In this document: positions 19,407 through 27,880 of the stretch, piece after piece
How the letters are laid out: every line of letters starts with the position of its first letter
Numbering within the stretch: the stretch's first letter is position 1
NCBI GenBank assembly: GCA_039028615.1
Contig: JBCCHT010000008.1
Location: forward strand, 1-64,000
Length of the DNA stretch: 64,000 nt
Source: Myxococcota bacterium
Lineage (GTDB): Bacteria; Myxococcota_A; Polyangia; Nannocystales; Nannocystaceae
Direction: 5' to 3'
Notes under the pieces: generated by a model
Database searches by the model: none
Seen by the model: the letters and a program-made list of their open reading frames with translations, nothing else
What the model was told of the DNA's origin: nothing
Made by a program: the position numbers and the translations under genes

Positions 19407-20636
19407 TTGGACGCTGAGTTGGAAACCAAACCCTACGACGTCTGCGTGATGGGCCTGGGCTACGTGGGCCTGCCCACTGCGGCCGTGCTCGCCACCCGTG
19501 GCCACAAAGTGGCCGGGGTCGACCTGCGCGCGGACGTCATCGAGACGATCAACGCGGGGCAGGTCCACATCGTGGAGCCAGAGCTCGACGCGCTCGTCCG
19601 GGCGGCGGTCGCCGCCGGGTCGCTGCGGGCTTTGCCCACCCCCGAGCCGGCCGCCACCCATCTCATCTGCGTGCCGACCCCGTTCAAAGACGGGCATCAG
19701 CCCGACCTCCAGTACGTGGAAGCAGCCACGCGGGCTCTGGTGCCCGCCCTGCGCCCCGGCAACTTGGTCGTGCTGGAATCCACGGTTCCACCCACCACCA
19801 CGCGCGACCTGGTCGCCAGTGTCCTCGCCGAGGCCGGATTGGTGGCCGGACGCGACGTCTTCGTGGCTCACGCCCCCGAGCGCGTGCTTCCCGGCGCCGT
19901 GATCCGCGAGGTGGTGGAAAACGCGCGGGTCGTGGGCGGTGTGACCGAGGCCTGCACCGAGGCCGCCGCCCGCTTCTACGAGAGCTTCGTGCGCGGCGAG
20001 GTCCATCGCACCCGGGCCGAGACGGCCGAGCTGACCAAGCTCGCCGAGAACGCCTACCGCGACGTCAACATCGCCTACGCCAACGAGCTGGCCAACGTGT
20101 GCGACACGCTCTCGCTGAACGTCTGGGATGTAGTCCGGCTCGCCAACGAGCACCCGCGGGTCAACATCCTGCGGCCCGGGCCCGGGGTGGGTGGGCACTG
20201 CATCGCCGTCGACCCCTGGTTCATCGTCGCCACCGCCCCCGAGTGCACCCCGGTCATCCAGGCCGCGCGGGCCGTCAACGATGGCCGCCCCGGTCGGGTC
20301 GTCGAGCACGTGCGACAGCTGGCCGAGCGCTTCAAGCGCCCCCGCATCGCCTGCTTCGGCCTCACCTACAAGCCCAACATCGACGACGTCCGCGAGAGCC
20401 CCTCGCTGCAGATCGCCAAGCAGCTGCACGAGTCGATCGAAGCCGAGCTGATGCTCGTCGAGCCACACCTGGCCGAGTGCCCCATCGAAGGGCTACAGCT
20501 GCACGACGCCGAGGCGGCCCTGCGCGAAGCGGACGTGGTGGTGATCCTCGTGGGCCACCGCCAATTCCGTCGGCTCTCGCGGGAGCTGTTCACGCGGCCC
20601 TCGGTGATCGACACGGTCGGCCTGCTCGAGGGCTGA
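19407..20636 (+). CDS. wecC: UDP-N-acetyl-D-mannosamine dehydrogenase (nucleotide-sugar dehydrogenase)
   Basis: GLGYVGLP, ICVPTPF, LESTVPP, PERVLPG, KLAENAYRDVNIA, PGPGVGGHCIAVDPWF, GLTYKPNIDDVRESP. Confidence 0.85.
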   Translation: MDAELETKPYDVCVMGLGYVGLPTAAVLATRGHKVAGVDLRADVIETINAGQVHIVEPELDALVRAAVAAGSLRALPTPEPAATHLICVPTPFKDGHQPDLQYVEAATRALVPALRPGNLVVLESTVPPTTTRDLVASVLAEAGLVAGRDVFVAHAPERVLPGAVIREVVENARVVGGVTEACTEAAARFYESFVRGEVHRTRAETAELTKLAENAYRDVNIAYANELANVCDTLSLNVWDVVRLANEHPRVNILRPGPGVGGHCIAVDPWFIVATAPECTPVIQAARAVNDGRPGRVVEHVRQLAERFKRPRIACFGLTYKPNIDDVRESPSLQIAKQLHESIEAELMLVEPHLAECPIEGLQLHDAEAALREADVVVILVGHRQFRRLSRELFTRPSVIDTVGLLEG

Positions 20637-20646
20637 CGCCCCGGCG

Positions 20647-21588
20647 CTACCGGTTCCCGACGATCAACAAGTTCGTCCAATCGCTGAAGGCATCCGGGCC
20701 GCCGCACTCTTCCTCTTGCGGGAAGAGCCGCCGCGCGCCTTCGACCCAGACGTCGTAGTTGCCCACGGGTTCGCGACGCTGGTCGAAGACCCGCTGGGGG
20801 TCGCCGCCGTCGAGCACGAAGTCGTAGGCCTGACGCTGCGTTTGGTACGAACAGGGCCTCGCGATGAAGCTGGTGTCGTCGGGTTCTTCGGGCGGCTCGT
20901 AGGGCTCGAGCTCGCAGACGTCGTCGACCCGCGAGAACGACAGCGGCGCGTACCAGTCGGCGACCTGGTCGACGTACTCGGGGTTGCCGATGGTGTACAG
21001 ACCCACGAGCAGCGCCCCGCCCTCGCCCGGCTCGGAGATCGCGATGTGCCGCGCCCCCACCGAGTCGATGCCCGGGGCGTAGGCCATGCGGAGCCGAACC
21101 GGGTCTTCGGCGGCCAGAGGCAGAGACGGCACCGAGTCGAAGGTCGACAGCTCGATGGTGAACTGCTCGTCGTCGGGGCACTGCAGCACGATGGCCTGCC
21201 CCCCCGTCTTCGGTTGAATCTGGCCGACCGTACACGCGACGTCGCGTTCCCAGGGCTCGAACGCGGGCTCTGTCGTCCCCGTGTCCTCCACGATGAACCA
21301 GACGGAGATGCCCTCGGGCTGGGGATCGCAGACGGAGCCCACCGCCGACCCGGTCTCGGCCGAGCTGCCGTCGGTCGTGCCCGTGCTGTCGTCGTCGAGC
21401 CCACCGCCGGTCGTGGTGCCCGAACTCGAGGCATCGGAGCTGGAGTCGCCGCTCGGCGAGCCCATCGACCCGGTCCCCGTGGCGCCCCCCGTGCTCTCGT
21501 CCGGCCCGTCGCCGACGATGACCGGCACCACGCAGCCACCGAGCACCACCGTGGCCGCGAACGCAGTGTGTCGACCGAGCACGCTCAT
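20647..21588 (-). CDS. Cys-containing lipoprotein, tandem paralog 3
   Basis: ATG 21588 overlaps upstream stop (ATGA); VLGGC lipobox; VCDPQP, VCELEPY, PQRVFDQ..YDVWV shared with neighbours. Confidence 0.8.
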   Translation of the reverse strand: MSVLGRHTAFAATVVLGGCVVPVIVGDGPDESTGGATGTGSMGSPSGDSSSDASSSGTTTGGGLDDDSTGTTDGSSAETGSAVGSVCDPQPEGISVWFIVEDTGTTEPAFEPWERDVACTVGQIQPKTGGQAIVLQCPDDEQFTIELSTFDSVPSLPLAAEDPVRLRMAYAPGIDSVGARHIAISEPGEGGALLVGLYTIGNPEYVDQVADWYAPLSFSRVDDVCELEPYEPPEEPDDTSFIARPCSYQTQRQAYDFVLDGGDPQRVFDQRREPVGNYDVWVEGARRLFPQEEECGGPDAFSDWTNLLIVGNR

Positions 21589-22553
21589 GGGATCGCCACC
21601 ATGACCATGCGAACCCGCGTTCGAATATTGGTCAACACGCACTCACGCTCCTGCGGGTCGGCCGTATCCGCTTGGAGGACCCAGACGTCGTATCCCCCCA
21701 CCGTCTGTCGGTGCTGGTCGAAGATGCGCTGCGGCTCGGCCTCCCCGACGCTCACATCCACGGCGTGACGCTCGATCTGCTCTCCGCAGGGCTCGAAGAT
21801 GAACGACCGCCCCTCCATTTCTGGAGACATGTAGGGTTCGGGGTCGCAGACGTCCGTGGCCACCTCGAGGCCCAGCGGGGCAAACAGCGCGTTCCCTTCG
21901 GCCAGGAAGTCGTCCTTGTGGCGCCACATCATGCCGAGCAACAGGGTCCCCGCCGGATCGGAGACGGCGATGTACCGCTCGAACGGAGTGTCGGGCCCAA
22001 CGTCGAAGACCCCGCGATAGCGCACCTGTTGGCCGACTTGGACCGGCAAGTCCAGCGGCTGCTCGACGATCAGCTCGATGTCCGCGGGCACGAACCGACT
22101 GAGGCTGTCGCACTGCAAGCCGATGGTGTAGCCGAGATCGAAGTCGCTCACGGCCACGACCTCGCACGGCTCGTCCCACGTGGTGGTGATCCCCTCGAGC
22201 CACTCCTCGCCATCCTCCAGCACGTGCATCCATGCCGAGATGTCCGTGGGCTGAGGATCGCAGATCGACGCGGGCTCGCCCTCCGTGGTCCCGTCGTCTT
22301 CTGCCGTCTCGCCATTGGCGGTGCCGTCACCCGGCTCGCCCGTCGAGGTCGAGCCGGCCGGAGCGGGGCTCGACGTCGTGCCGTCCGGCGCGGTCGTCCC
22401 CATCGTGATCGAAGAGGAAGTCCCGCCACCCGAGCCCTGGTCATCGTCTTCGACGTCACCCACCGTCACCGGTATGACGCAGCCGGCGACCGCCAACGAA
22501 GTCATGAAAATCCAAGCGGCTCGGCGAGCCCGAGCCATGGAGGAGAAGCTCAT
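21585..22553 (-). CDS. Cys-containing lipoprotein, tandem paralog 2
   Basis: AVAGC lipobox; ICDPQP, VCDPEPY, FIFEPC, PQRIFDQHRQTVGGYDVWV; ATG 22553 chosen. Confidence 0.8.
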   Translation of the reverse strand: MSFSSMARARRAAWIFMTSLAVAGCVIPVTVGDVEDDDQGSGGGTSSSITMGTTAPDGTTSSPAPAGSTSTGEPGDGTANGETAEDDGTTEGEPASICDPQPTDISAWMHVLEDGEEWLEGITTTWDEPCEVVAVSDFDLGYTIGLQCDSLSRFVPADIELIVEQPLDLPVQVGQQVRYRGVFDVGPDTPFERYIAVSDPAGTLLLGMMWRHKDDFLAEGNALFAPLGLEVATDVCDPEPYMSPEMEGRSFIFEPCGEQIERHAVDVSVGEAEPQRIFDQHRQTVGGYDVWVLQADTADPQERECVLTNIRTRVRMVMVAIP

Positions 22554-22563
22554 GACCCGTCTA

Positions 22564-22592
22564 TTCTCCGGCCCGGCCCCGTTTCCGTCACG
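22564..22592 (-). promoter_or_regulatory. Putative ECF promoter CGTGACGGAA-N13-GGAGAA
   Basis: Minus strand CGTGACGGAAACGGGGCCGGGCCGGAGAA, 10 nt before ATG 22553. Confidence 0.6.
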
Positions 22593-22648
22593 CATCTTCA
22601 CGAGAATCGAGAGGGCGGGTCATGGCCGCCATTTTCGGCCCAACGAAG

Positions 22649-23665
22649 TCATGGAATTGCCACCATGATGAGGCGGGTCCGCGTGGTCGGGAAGTTCTCG
22701 AAGCAAATGTCTTCCTGTGGATCGGCGGTGATCGCCTGGTCGACCCAGATGTCATAGCCCTCGACCGTCTGGCGATGCTTGTCGAAGACCCGCTGCGGCG
22801 CGGCCGCGCCCACCGTCACGTCGATGGCGTGGCGCTCGATCTCCTCGCCGCAGGGATCGAAGATGAACGTGGACCCTTCTTCCGTGGGCATCATGTAGGG
22901 CTCCGGCTCGCAGACTCCGGTGGCGAGCTGGATGTCGAGGGGCGCGAAGAAGTCGGCGACCTCGGCCTCGTATTCCGCCTTGCGCCGCTGCTGTAGGCCC
23001 ACGAGCAGCTCCCCCTCGAGGTTCGAGACCGCGACGTAGCGCTCGCTCGGCGTGTCGATGCTGACGTCGTACAGACCGCGGTAGCGCACCATCTGACCGA
23101 TCTCCACGGGCAGATCCAGCTGCACGTCGGGGGTGACGATCTGCACCTGCTCCGGCCCCTCGCTCTCGGCCGACTCACACAACAGATCGAAGGACTGCCC
23201 GAGCCCCGCGAGGGTGATGGCCACGACTTCGCACTGCTGATCCCACTGGATGAAGATGGGCTCGAGGAACTTGCCCTCGTCGTCGGCCAGGTGGAACTGC
23301 GCGGAGATGTCCTGGGGCTGAGGGTCACAGACCGAAGCGCCGTCACCCATGGTGCCGCCGCCCGTGTCCGTGCCGGTATCGCTGCCCGTGTCCGTGCCCC
23401 CGTCACCTACGGTGCCGCCGCTGGTGGTGCCGTCGCCCGGGTCGCCCGTGGCCGTCGACGTCGACGTCGACCCGCCGGGGAACATGCTCGTAGCCCCGTC
23501 CGGCCCGTCGCTACCGGGCATGCCCGACGTGGTCCCGCCCTCGGAACCTTGACCGTCATCCTCCACGTCACCGACCGAGACGGGCACGATGCAGCCGGAG
23601 GCGAGCATGGAGGCCAACGAAATCCATAGGGGCCAACGAGGCCGACACATAGGCGAGTGGGTCAT
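22649..23665 (-). CDS. Cys-containing lipoprotein, tandem paralog 1
   Basis: LASGC lipobox; VCDPQP, VCEPEPY, FIFDPC, PQRVFDKHRQTVEGYDIWV; ATG 23665 chosen. Confidence 0.8.
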   Translation of the reverse strand: MTHSPMCRPRWPLWISLASMLASGCIVPVSVGDVEDDGQGSEGGTTSGMPGSDGPDGATSMFPGGSTSTSTATGDPGDGTTSGGTVGDGGTDTGSDTGTDTGGGTMGDGASVCDPQPQDISAQFHLADDEGKFLEPIFIQWDQQCEVVAITLAGLGQSFDLLCESAESEGPEQVQIVTPDVQLDLPVEIGQMVRYRGLYDVSIDTPSERYVAVSNLEGELLVGLQQRRKAEYEAEVADFFAPLDIQLATGVCEPEPYMMPTEEGSTFIFDPCGEEIERHAIDVTVGAAAPQRVFDKHRQTVEGYDIWVDQAITADPQEDICFENFPTTRTRLIMVAIP

Positions 23666-23675
23666 GCCCGTTCTC

Positions 23676-23704
23676 TTCTCCGGCCCCCAGCCGTTTCCGT
23701 CACG
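23676..23704 (-). promoter_or_regulatory. Putative ECF promoter CGTGACGGAA-N13-GGAGAA overlapping the sigma stop codon
   Basis: Minus strand CGTGACGGAAACGGCTGGGGGCCGGAGAA, 10 nt before ATG 23665. Confidence 0.62.
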
Positions 23705-24926
23705 CATCTTCACAAGAACCGAGAGCGCGGGTCATGGCCGCCGTTTTCGGCTGCCCCGAGGCTTCGGTTCGCGCCTGCGCATGTCGACCCAAGCGGCACA
23801 GCGTGCGCACGCGGGTGGTCTGACGCAGCTCCGAGAGACGCCCTTCAGGGAAGCGACGCGCGTGCTCGGACAGCCACTGGAGCGCGCGGGCGGGCTGCCC
23901 CTCGCGCAGGGCCGCGGTCGCTCGATCGAGCACCGCGACCTCGGCCGCGAGCGAGTCGGGCTCATCTGCCGACGGGGAGGTGGAGTCCGTTTCGGGCGGA
24001 GCCGCGGTCCCACGCGAAGGTCGAGTAGGGGGCGGCAGCACGGGCGTCGCCGCGGCCACGGGCGTGGGCACGGGCACGTCACCCACCACCGTCGGAGCCG
24101 GCTGCGGGTGCTTTGAGATCGAAGCCCCTCTCGTCCCTCCTCGCGCGGGAGTCGGTTCGGCCGGCGTCGCGCTCTTCACCACGCGCGAGCGAGACTCGGG
24201 CTCGGGCGGCCCCGCGCGACTATCGGGCACCGACGCCAGCACGATGCCCAGCACCCCCGCCGCCGCCACCGTGGCGCCGATCTTGCCCGCCGTCCACGTC
24301 GTGCCGACCACCGCGCCCGGCACCTTGCCCAGCGAGGGTAGCAACAACGCCCAGGTGCGCCGCGCCTGCTCGCGCGGAGGCTTCTGCTCTCGACGCAGCC
24401 CGTGCAACCATCCGGCACGACCCCGGGTCACCTTGCGCTCGAGCTGACGCCGAGCCAGCCGCAGTCGCGAGTACACCGTGTTGAGCGGGATCGACAGCTC
24501 GGCGGCGATCTCCGGCCCGCTCATGTCGAGCAGCTCGGACATCACGAATACCTCGCGTCGGCCCTCCTCCAGACCGGCGAGCACCGCATCGACATCGTGG
24601 GCGCCCTCGAGCTCGGCATGCGGCTCGTTGCGTCCGCCCCCGGCCGCCGACACGGCCGACTTGCGTCGCGCGGTGCGGGCCGCCGTGCGTCGGTAGCGAA
24701 AAGCCACCCGTCGGGTCACCCCGTACAGCCACCCCCGCGCGGAAACCTCGTAGTCGAGCTCGTCCCAGCGGCGATGCGCGGTCAGGAAGACGTCCTGCAC
24801 CGCATCATCGAGCGCCGCCGGGGGCACCCCGAGTCTGCGCGCAGCGGCCCACACGAAAGGGAATTCCTTCCGGTAGACGGTCTCGAAGCGAGTGGGGATC
24901 GCCTGCATGGCCTCCGCACCCATCAT
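23700..24926 (-). CDS. ECF sigma factor fused to TM segment, Pro-rich linker and C-terminal TPR-like domain
   Basis: DDAVQDVFLTAHR..GWL; MSGPEIAAELSIPLNTVYSRLRLAR; TM ATVAAAGVLGIVLA; SLAAEVAVLDRA...HARRFPEG...TLC. Confidence 0.9.
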   Translation of the reverse strand: MMGAEAMQAIPTRFETVYRKEFPFVWAAARRLGVPPAALDDAVQDVFLTAHRRWDELDYEVSARGWLYGVTRRVAFRYRRTAARTARRKSAVSAAGGGRNEPHAELEGAHDVDAVLAGLEEGRREVFVMSELLDMSGPEIAAELSIPLNTVYSRLRLARRQLERKVTRGRAGWLHGLRREQKPPREQARRTWALLLPSLGKVPGAVVGTTWTAGKIGATVAAAGVLGIVLASVPDSRAGPPEPESRSRVVKSATPAEPTPARGGTRGASISKHPQPAPTVVGDVPVPTPVAAATPVLPPPTRPSRGTAAPPETDSTSPSADEPDSLAAEVAVLDRATAALREGQPARALQWLSEHARRFPEGRLSELRQTTRVRTLCRLGRHAQARTEASGQPKTAAMTRALGSCEDA

Positions 24927-24927
24927 C

Positions 24928-24956
24928 TTCTCCAGACCCAGGGGGATTCCGTCACG
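24928..24956 (-). promoter_or_regulatory. Putative autoregulatory ECF promoter CGTGACGGAA-N13-GGAGAA
   Basis: Minus strand CGTGACGGAATCCCCCTGGGTCTGGAGAA immediately before the sigma ATG; spacer sequence differs from the other two copies but length is identical. Confidence 0.65.
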
Positions 24957-25079
24957 GAAAATTCATCCGCGGTCGGTTTTTTCCCGAAAAGGCCGAAAAC
25001 CGCAGCGAAGGGGCTCTGCGCCTCGAGATCCGGTGACCAACCGAGGGTCCCTAGACTGCGTGAGATGCGAAATCCCCTC

Positions 25080-25170
25080 GGCGTGCTTCGAGAGGCTGGG
25101 GGCCGAGCGCGGCGACCCCGGAGGAGGAGAAGGCCGCGATCTTCGCTCGGCCCCCAGCCTCGAGCACGCC
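25080..25170. repeat. Long intergenic inverted repeat (~91-nt stem-loop)
   Basis: GGCGTGCT(TCGAG)AGGCTGGGGGCCGAGCG ... CGCTCGGCCCCCAGCCT(CG)AGCACGCC. Confidence 0.75.
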
Positions 25171-25173
25171 TAC

Positions 25174-26838
25174 CTACCAGGTCCGCCGTGCGGCAGGGCG
25201 GACGGGAAGCCCCAATGCGGACGTGGGGGCAAAGGTCTGGGCCAGGTCTTCGCTGTCGAGCACGAGCTCGGTCGGGTACTGCTCGAGGCAGCTGCCGTCG
25301 ACGGGCTCGGTCGGAGCGTCGAAGAAGGCCGCCACCATGTCACGGGCACAGCCGTTGCCCACGCTGGCCACGTGCTGCCCCATCGGCACGACGTGGTGCG
25401 TGACGTTGTCCAGCCCCTCCGCCACCGCGTCGGCCCAGTGCACGGGCGTCTGCACGTCCTGACCCGCGGAGATGATGAGGGTCGGGATGTCGGAGAGCAC
25501 GGGCTCGATCTCGAGGTCGGGCGTGGCGGGTGCCCCAAAGGCATCGCAGACCATGGTCGCGAACGCGGGCGGGAACGGGGCGCCGCCCTGCTGCCCCTCG
25601 AACGCGGCCACGACCTGCTCGCTCCAGCCGAACTGCGCCACCTCGGAGGGCTGCACGTCGATGAACGCCGCTTCCTCCGAGCACACGATCGCCATGGTCA
25701 TGGGCAGCGACTCCGCCCGCTCGGCGATGTCGTCGCGGATCGGCGAGCCGTAGTCGGCGTCGGACAGCTCGGTGTAGTCGTAGCCCGCCAGCGTGTTCAG
25801 CAGCGCCTGCGCGTCCTCGTCGGTGGCGATGGCCAGGGTCGAGACGAGCAGCGGCGCCGCGCCGTGGCGATTGAGCCGCGACACCTGGGCGATGAAGTCG
25901 TCGACCAGGCCCGGCTCGCGCTCGGCCACGAACGCCTCGATCTGCGCCCGCACGTCGCCCAGCGCCTCGCTGCATCCCGGCTCGGTCTCGCAGCGATCGG
26001 CCACGAACGCGAGCTGAGCGGCAATGGCCTCGTCGCCTTGGGTGAAGCCGTTGATCTCGATGGGGAACACGCCGTCGAGCACCGCCCCCGCCACGCGCCC
26101 CGGGTAGTCGCGCATCAGGGTCATGCCCAGCCGGGTGCCATACGAGCCGCCCCACACCACGACCTGCGGCACGTCGAAGCCCTCGAGGATGGCATCGATG
26201 TCCGCGGCGAAGTGGGCCGACGTGATGTCCGACAGCTCGAGCCCCGCGTCGGTGATGGCGTCGGCACACGGCGTCACTTCACGGGGCGAGCCGAAGGGCG
26301 CGCAGCCGATGGCGGGCTCGGACAGGCCCACCGCGCGATAGTCGATCAAGTACACGTCGTGCTCCGCTCGCGAGGCCACCAGCGGCCCACCGTCGAGGAA
26401 CAGGCCCGCCGCCTCGAGGCTGCCCGAGGGTCCGGGGCCTCCCACCAGCGCGACCACGGGCAAGCCCGAGCCGTCCCCGGTCGCGGGCAAGTAGGCCACG
26501 CCGATCTCCAGCTCGCCGCGCGAGGGATCGTCGGCGTCGACGGGCACCGCCACTCGCACACACTCCGCGCCCGCGTCGGTGAACCCGGTGGTCCAGCAGT
26601 CGACCTCGGTCACCGCCGGGCCGGGCTCGTCCCCCGTGCTGCCGTCCGCGTCGGTGCTTCCGCTCTCCGCGTCCGCGCCCTCGGTGCCGCTCGTGTCGAG
26701 CCCGGTGTCGCCGTCGGTTCCGGCCTCGGTGCCGCCGCTGGTGCTGCCCTCGGCCGCCCCGTCACCTCCCGTATCGTCGCCGCAAGCCGTAGCTGGAGGC
26801 AGCAGGAGCAAGAACGAGGCGCAGGCGAAACGAGTCAT
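25174..26838 (-). CDS. Alpha/beta hydrolase lipoprotein (TAP-like)
   Basis: PATAC lipobox; GGPGPSG oxyanion motif, DYRAVG, GGSYG nucleophile, D..TP and C-terminal His. Confidence 0.85.
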   Translation of the reverse strand: MTRFACASFLLLLPPATACGDDTGGDGAAEGSTSGGTEAGTDGDTGLDTSGTEGADAESGSTDADGSTGDEPGPAVTEVDCWTTGFTDAGAECVRVAVPVDADDPSRGELEIGVAYLPATGDGSGLPVVALVGGPGPSGSLEAAGLFLDGGPLVASRAEHDVYLIDYRAVGLSEPAIGCAPFGSPREVTPCADAITDAGLELSDITSAHFAADIDAILEGFDVPQVVVWGGSYGTRLGMTLMRDYPGRVAGAVLDGVFPIEINGFTQGDEAIAAQLAFVADRCETEPGCSEALGDVRAQIEAFVAEREPGLVDDFIAQVSRLNRHGAAPLLVSTLAIATDEDAQALLNTLAGYDYTELSDADYGSPIRDDIAERAESLPMTMAIVCSEEAAFIDVQPSEVAQFGWSEQVVAAFEGQQGGAPFPPAFATMVCDAFGAPATPDLEIEPVLSDIPTLIISAGQDVQTPVHWADAVAEGLDNVTHHVVPMGQHVASVGNGCARDMVAAFFDAPTEPVDGSCLEQYPTELVLDSEDLAQTFAPTSALGLPVRPAARRTW

Positions 26839-26926
26839 GACCCCAAGAGTGGGGGCAGAAACCGTCACTTCAACTCATAGTTAGTTATCGACGATATCAC
26901 TCGTTATTATAATTGAATCGAGCGGG

Positions 26927-27841
26927 ATGACCGACCTCAACACCTTCAACCTCAACCTGCTGGTGACCTTCGAGGCGGTCATGGAGGAGCGCAACGTGAC
27001 GCGAGCGTCGGCGCGCCTCGGGGTGTCGCAGCCCGCGGTCAGCAATGCGCTCCGCGACCTGCGGCGCCTGGTCGACGACCCGCTCTTCGTTCGGCAGGGC
27101 CGCGGCATGGTGCCCACCCCCCGCGCCGAAGCCCTCGCCCGCAGCCTCGGCCCCGCCCTCGATCGCATTCGCTCCTCGTTGATCGACGGGCCCTTCGACC
27201 CCGCCGCCTCGACCGTGGCGATCCGGCTGGCGACGCCCGACTACACCGAGCTCATGCTGCTGCCCGCCATCGAGACCCGCCTCGCTCGCGACGCGCCCTC
27301 GGTCACGCTACGGGTGCAGACCAACCCCTCCATGGCCCAGCCCAACGCGTTCGAGGCCCTGCTCAACGGCGCGTGCGACCTGTACATCAACCGCATCATC
27401 GGGCCCGCCCCCGGCCTGCACCGACGCCGCCTGTTCGAAGGTACCTACGCCTGCATCGCTCGCGTCGGTCACCCGCGGGTACGGACGAAGCTCGACCTCG
27501 AGGCCTTCTTGGCCGAGCGACACCTGCTCATCGTGCCCGACGACGGCTACCTCGGGCCCATCGACGTCGCCCTGCGGAAGCTCGGCCACCAGCGCCAGGT
27601 CTCGCTGTCCGTCCCTCGCTTCGCCGCCGCCCCGCTCATCGTGCACGACACCGACCTCATCGCCACCGTGCCCTGGCGCATGGCCCAACGCTTCGCCCGC
27701 CTCGTCGACCTCCAGGTCCTGCCCTGCCCCGTGCCCCTCGACCCCTTCCACATCGACATGGTCTGGTCCGACCGCACCGACCAATCGCCCGCGTTCCGGT
27801 GGTTCCGCGAGGTGGTGGCGGAGGCCTGCGTGCAGATGTGA
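26927..27841 (+). CDS. LysR family transcriptional regulator
   Basis: NLNLLVTF..ERNVTRASARLGVSQPAVSNALRDLR..DPLFVR HTH; divergent from the hydrolase across an AT-rich spacer. Confidence 0.95.
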   Translation: MTDLNTFNLNLLVTFEAVMEERNVTRASARLGVSQPAVSNALRDLRRLVDDPLFVRQGRGMVPTPRAEALARSLGPALDRIRSSLIDGPFDPAASTVAIRLATPDYTELMLLPAIETRLARDAPSVTLRVQTNPSMAQPNAFEALLNGACDLYINRIIGPAPGLHRRRLFEGTYACIARVGHPRVRTKLDLEAFLAERHLLIVPDDGYLGPIDVALRKLGHQRQVSLSVPRFAAAPLIVHDTDLIATVPWRMAQRFARLVDLQVLPCPVPLDPFHIDMVWSDRTDQSPAFRWFREVVAEACVQM

Positions 27842-27880
27842 GTGGAGCCCGGGCCCCATTTGCGCATAGCCTCGTCGGCG

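Noticed and set aside
22554..23713. Shared N-terminal peptide MKMRDGNG in ORFs 21585-22601 and 22649-23713
   Set aside because: Better explained as translation of the duplicated promoter and sigma 3' end; downstream ATGs give normal lipoprotein signal peptides
26870..26926. Specific LysR box in the hydrolase/LysR spacer
   Set aside because: AT-rich with a short palindrome (TATCGACGATA) and weak T-N11-A matches, but too degenerate to place with confidence
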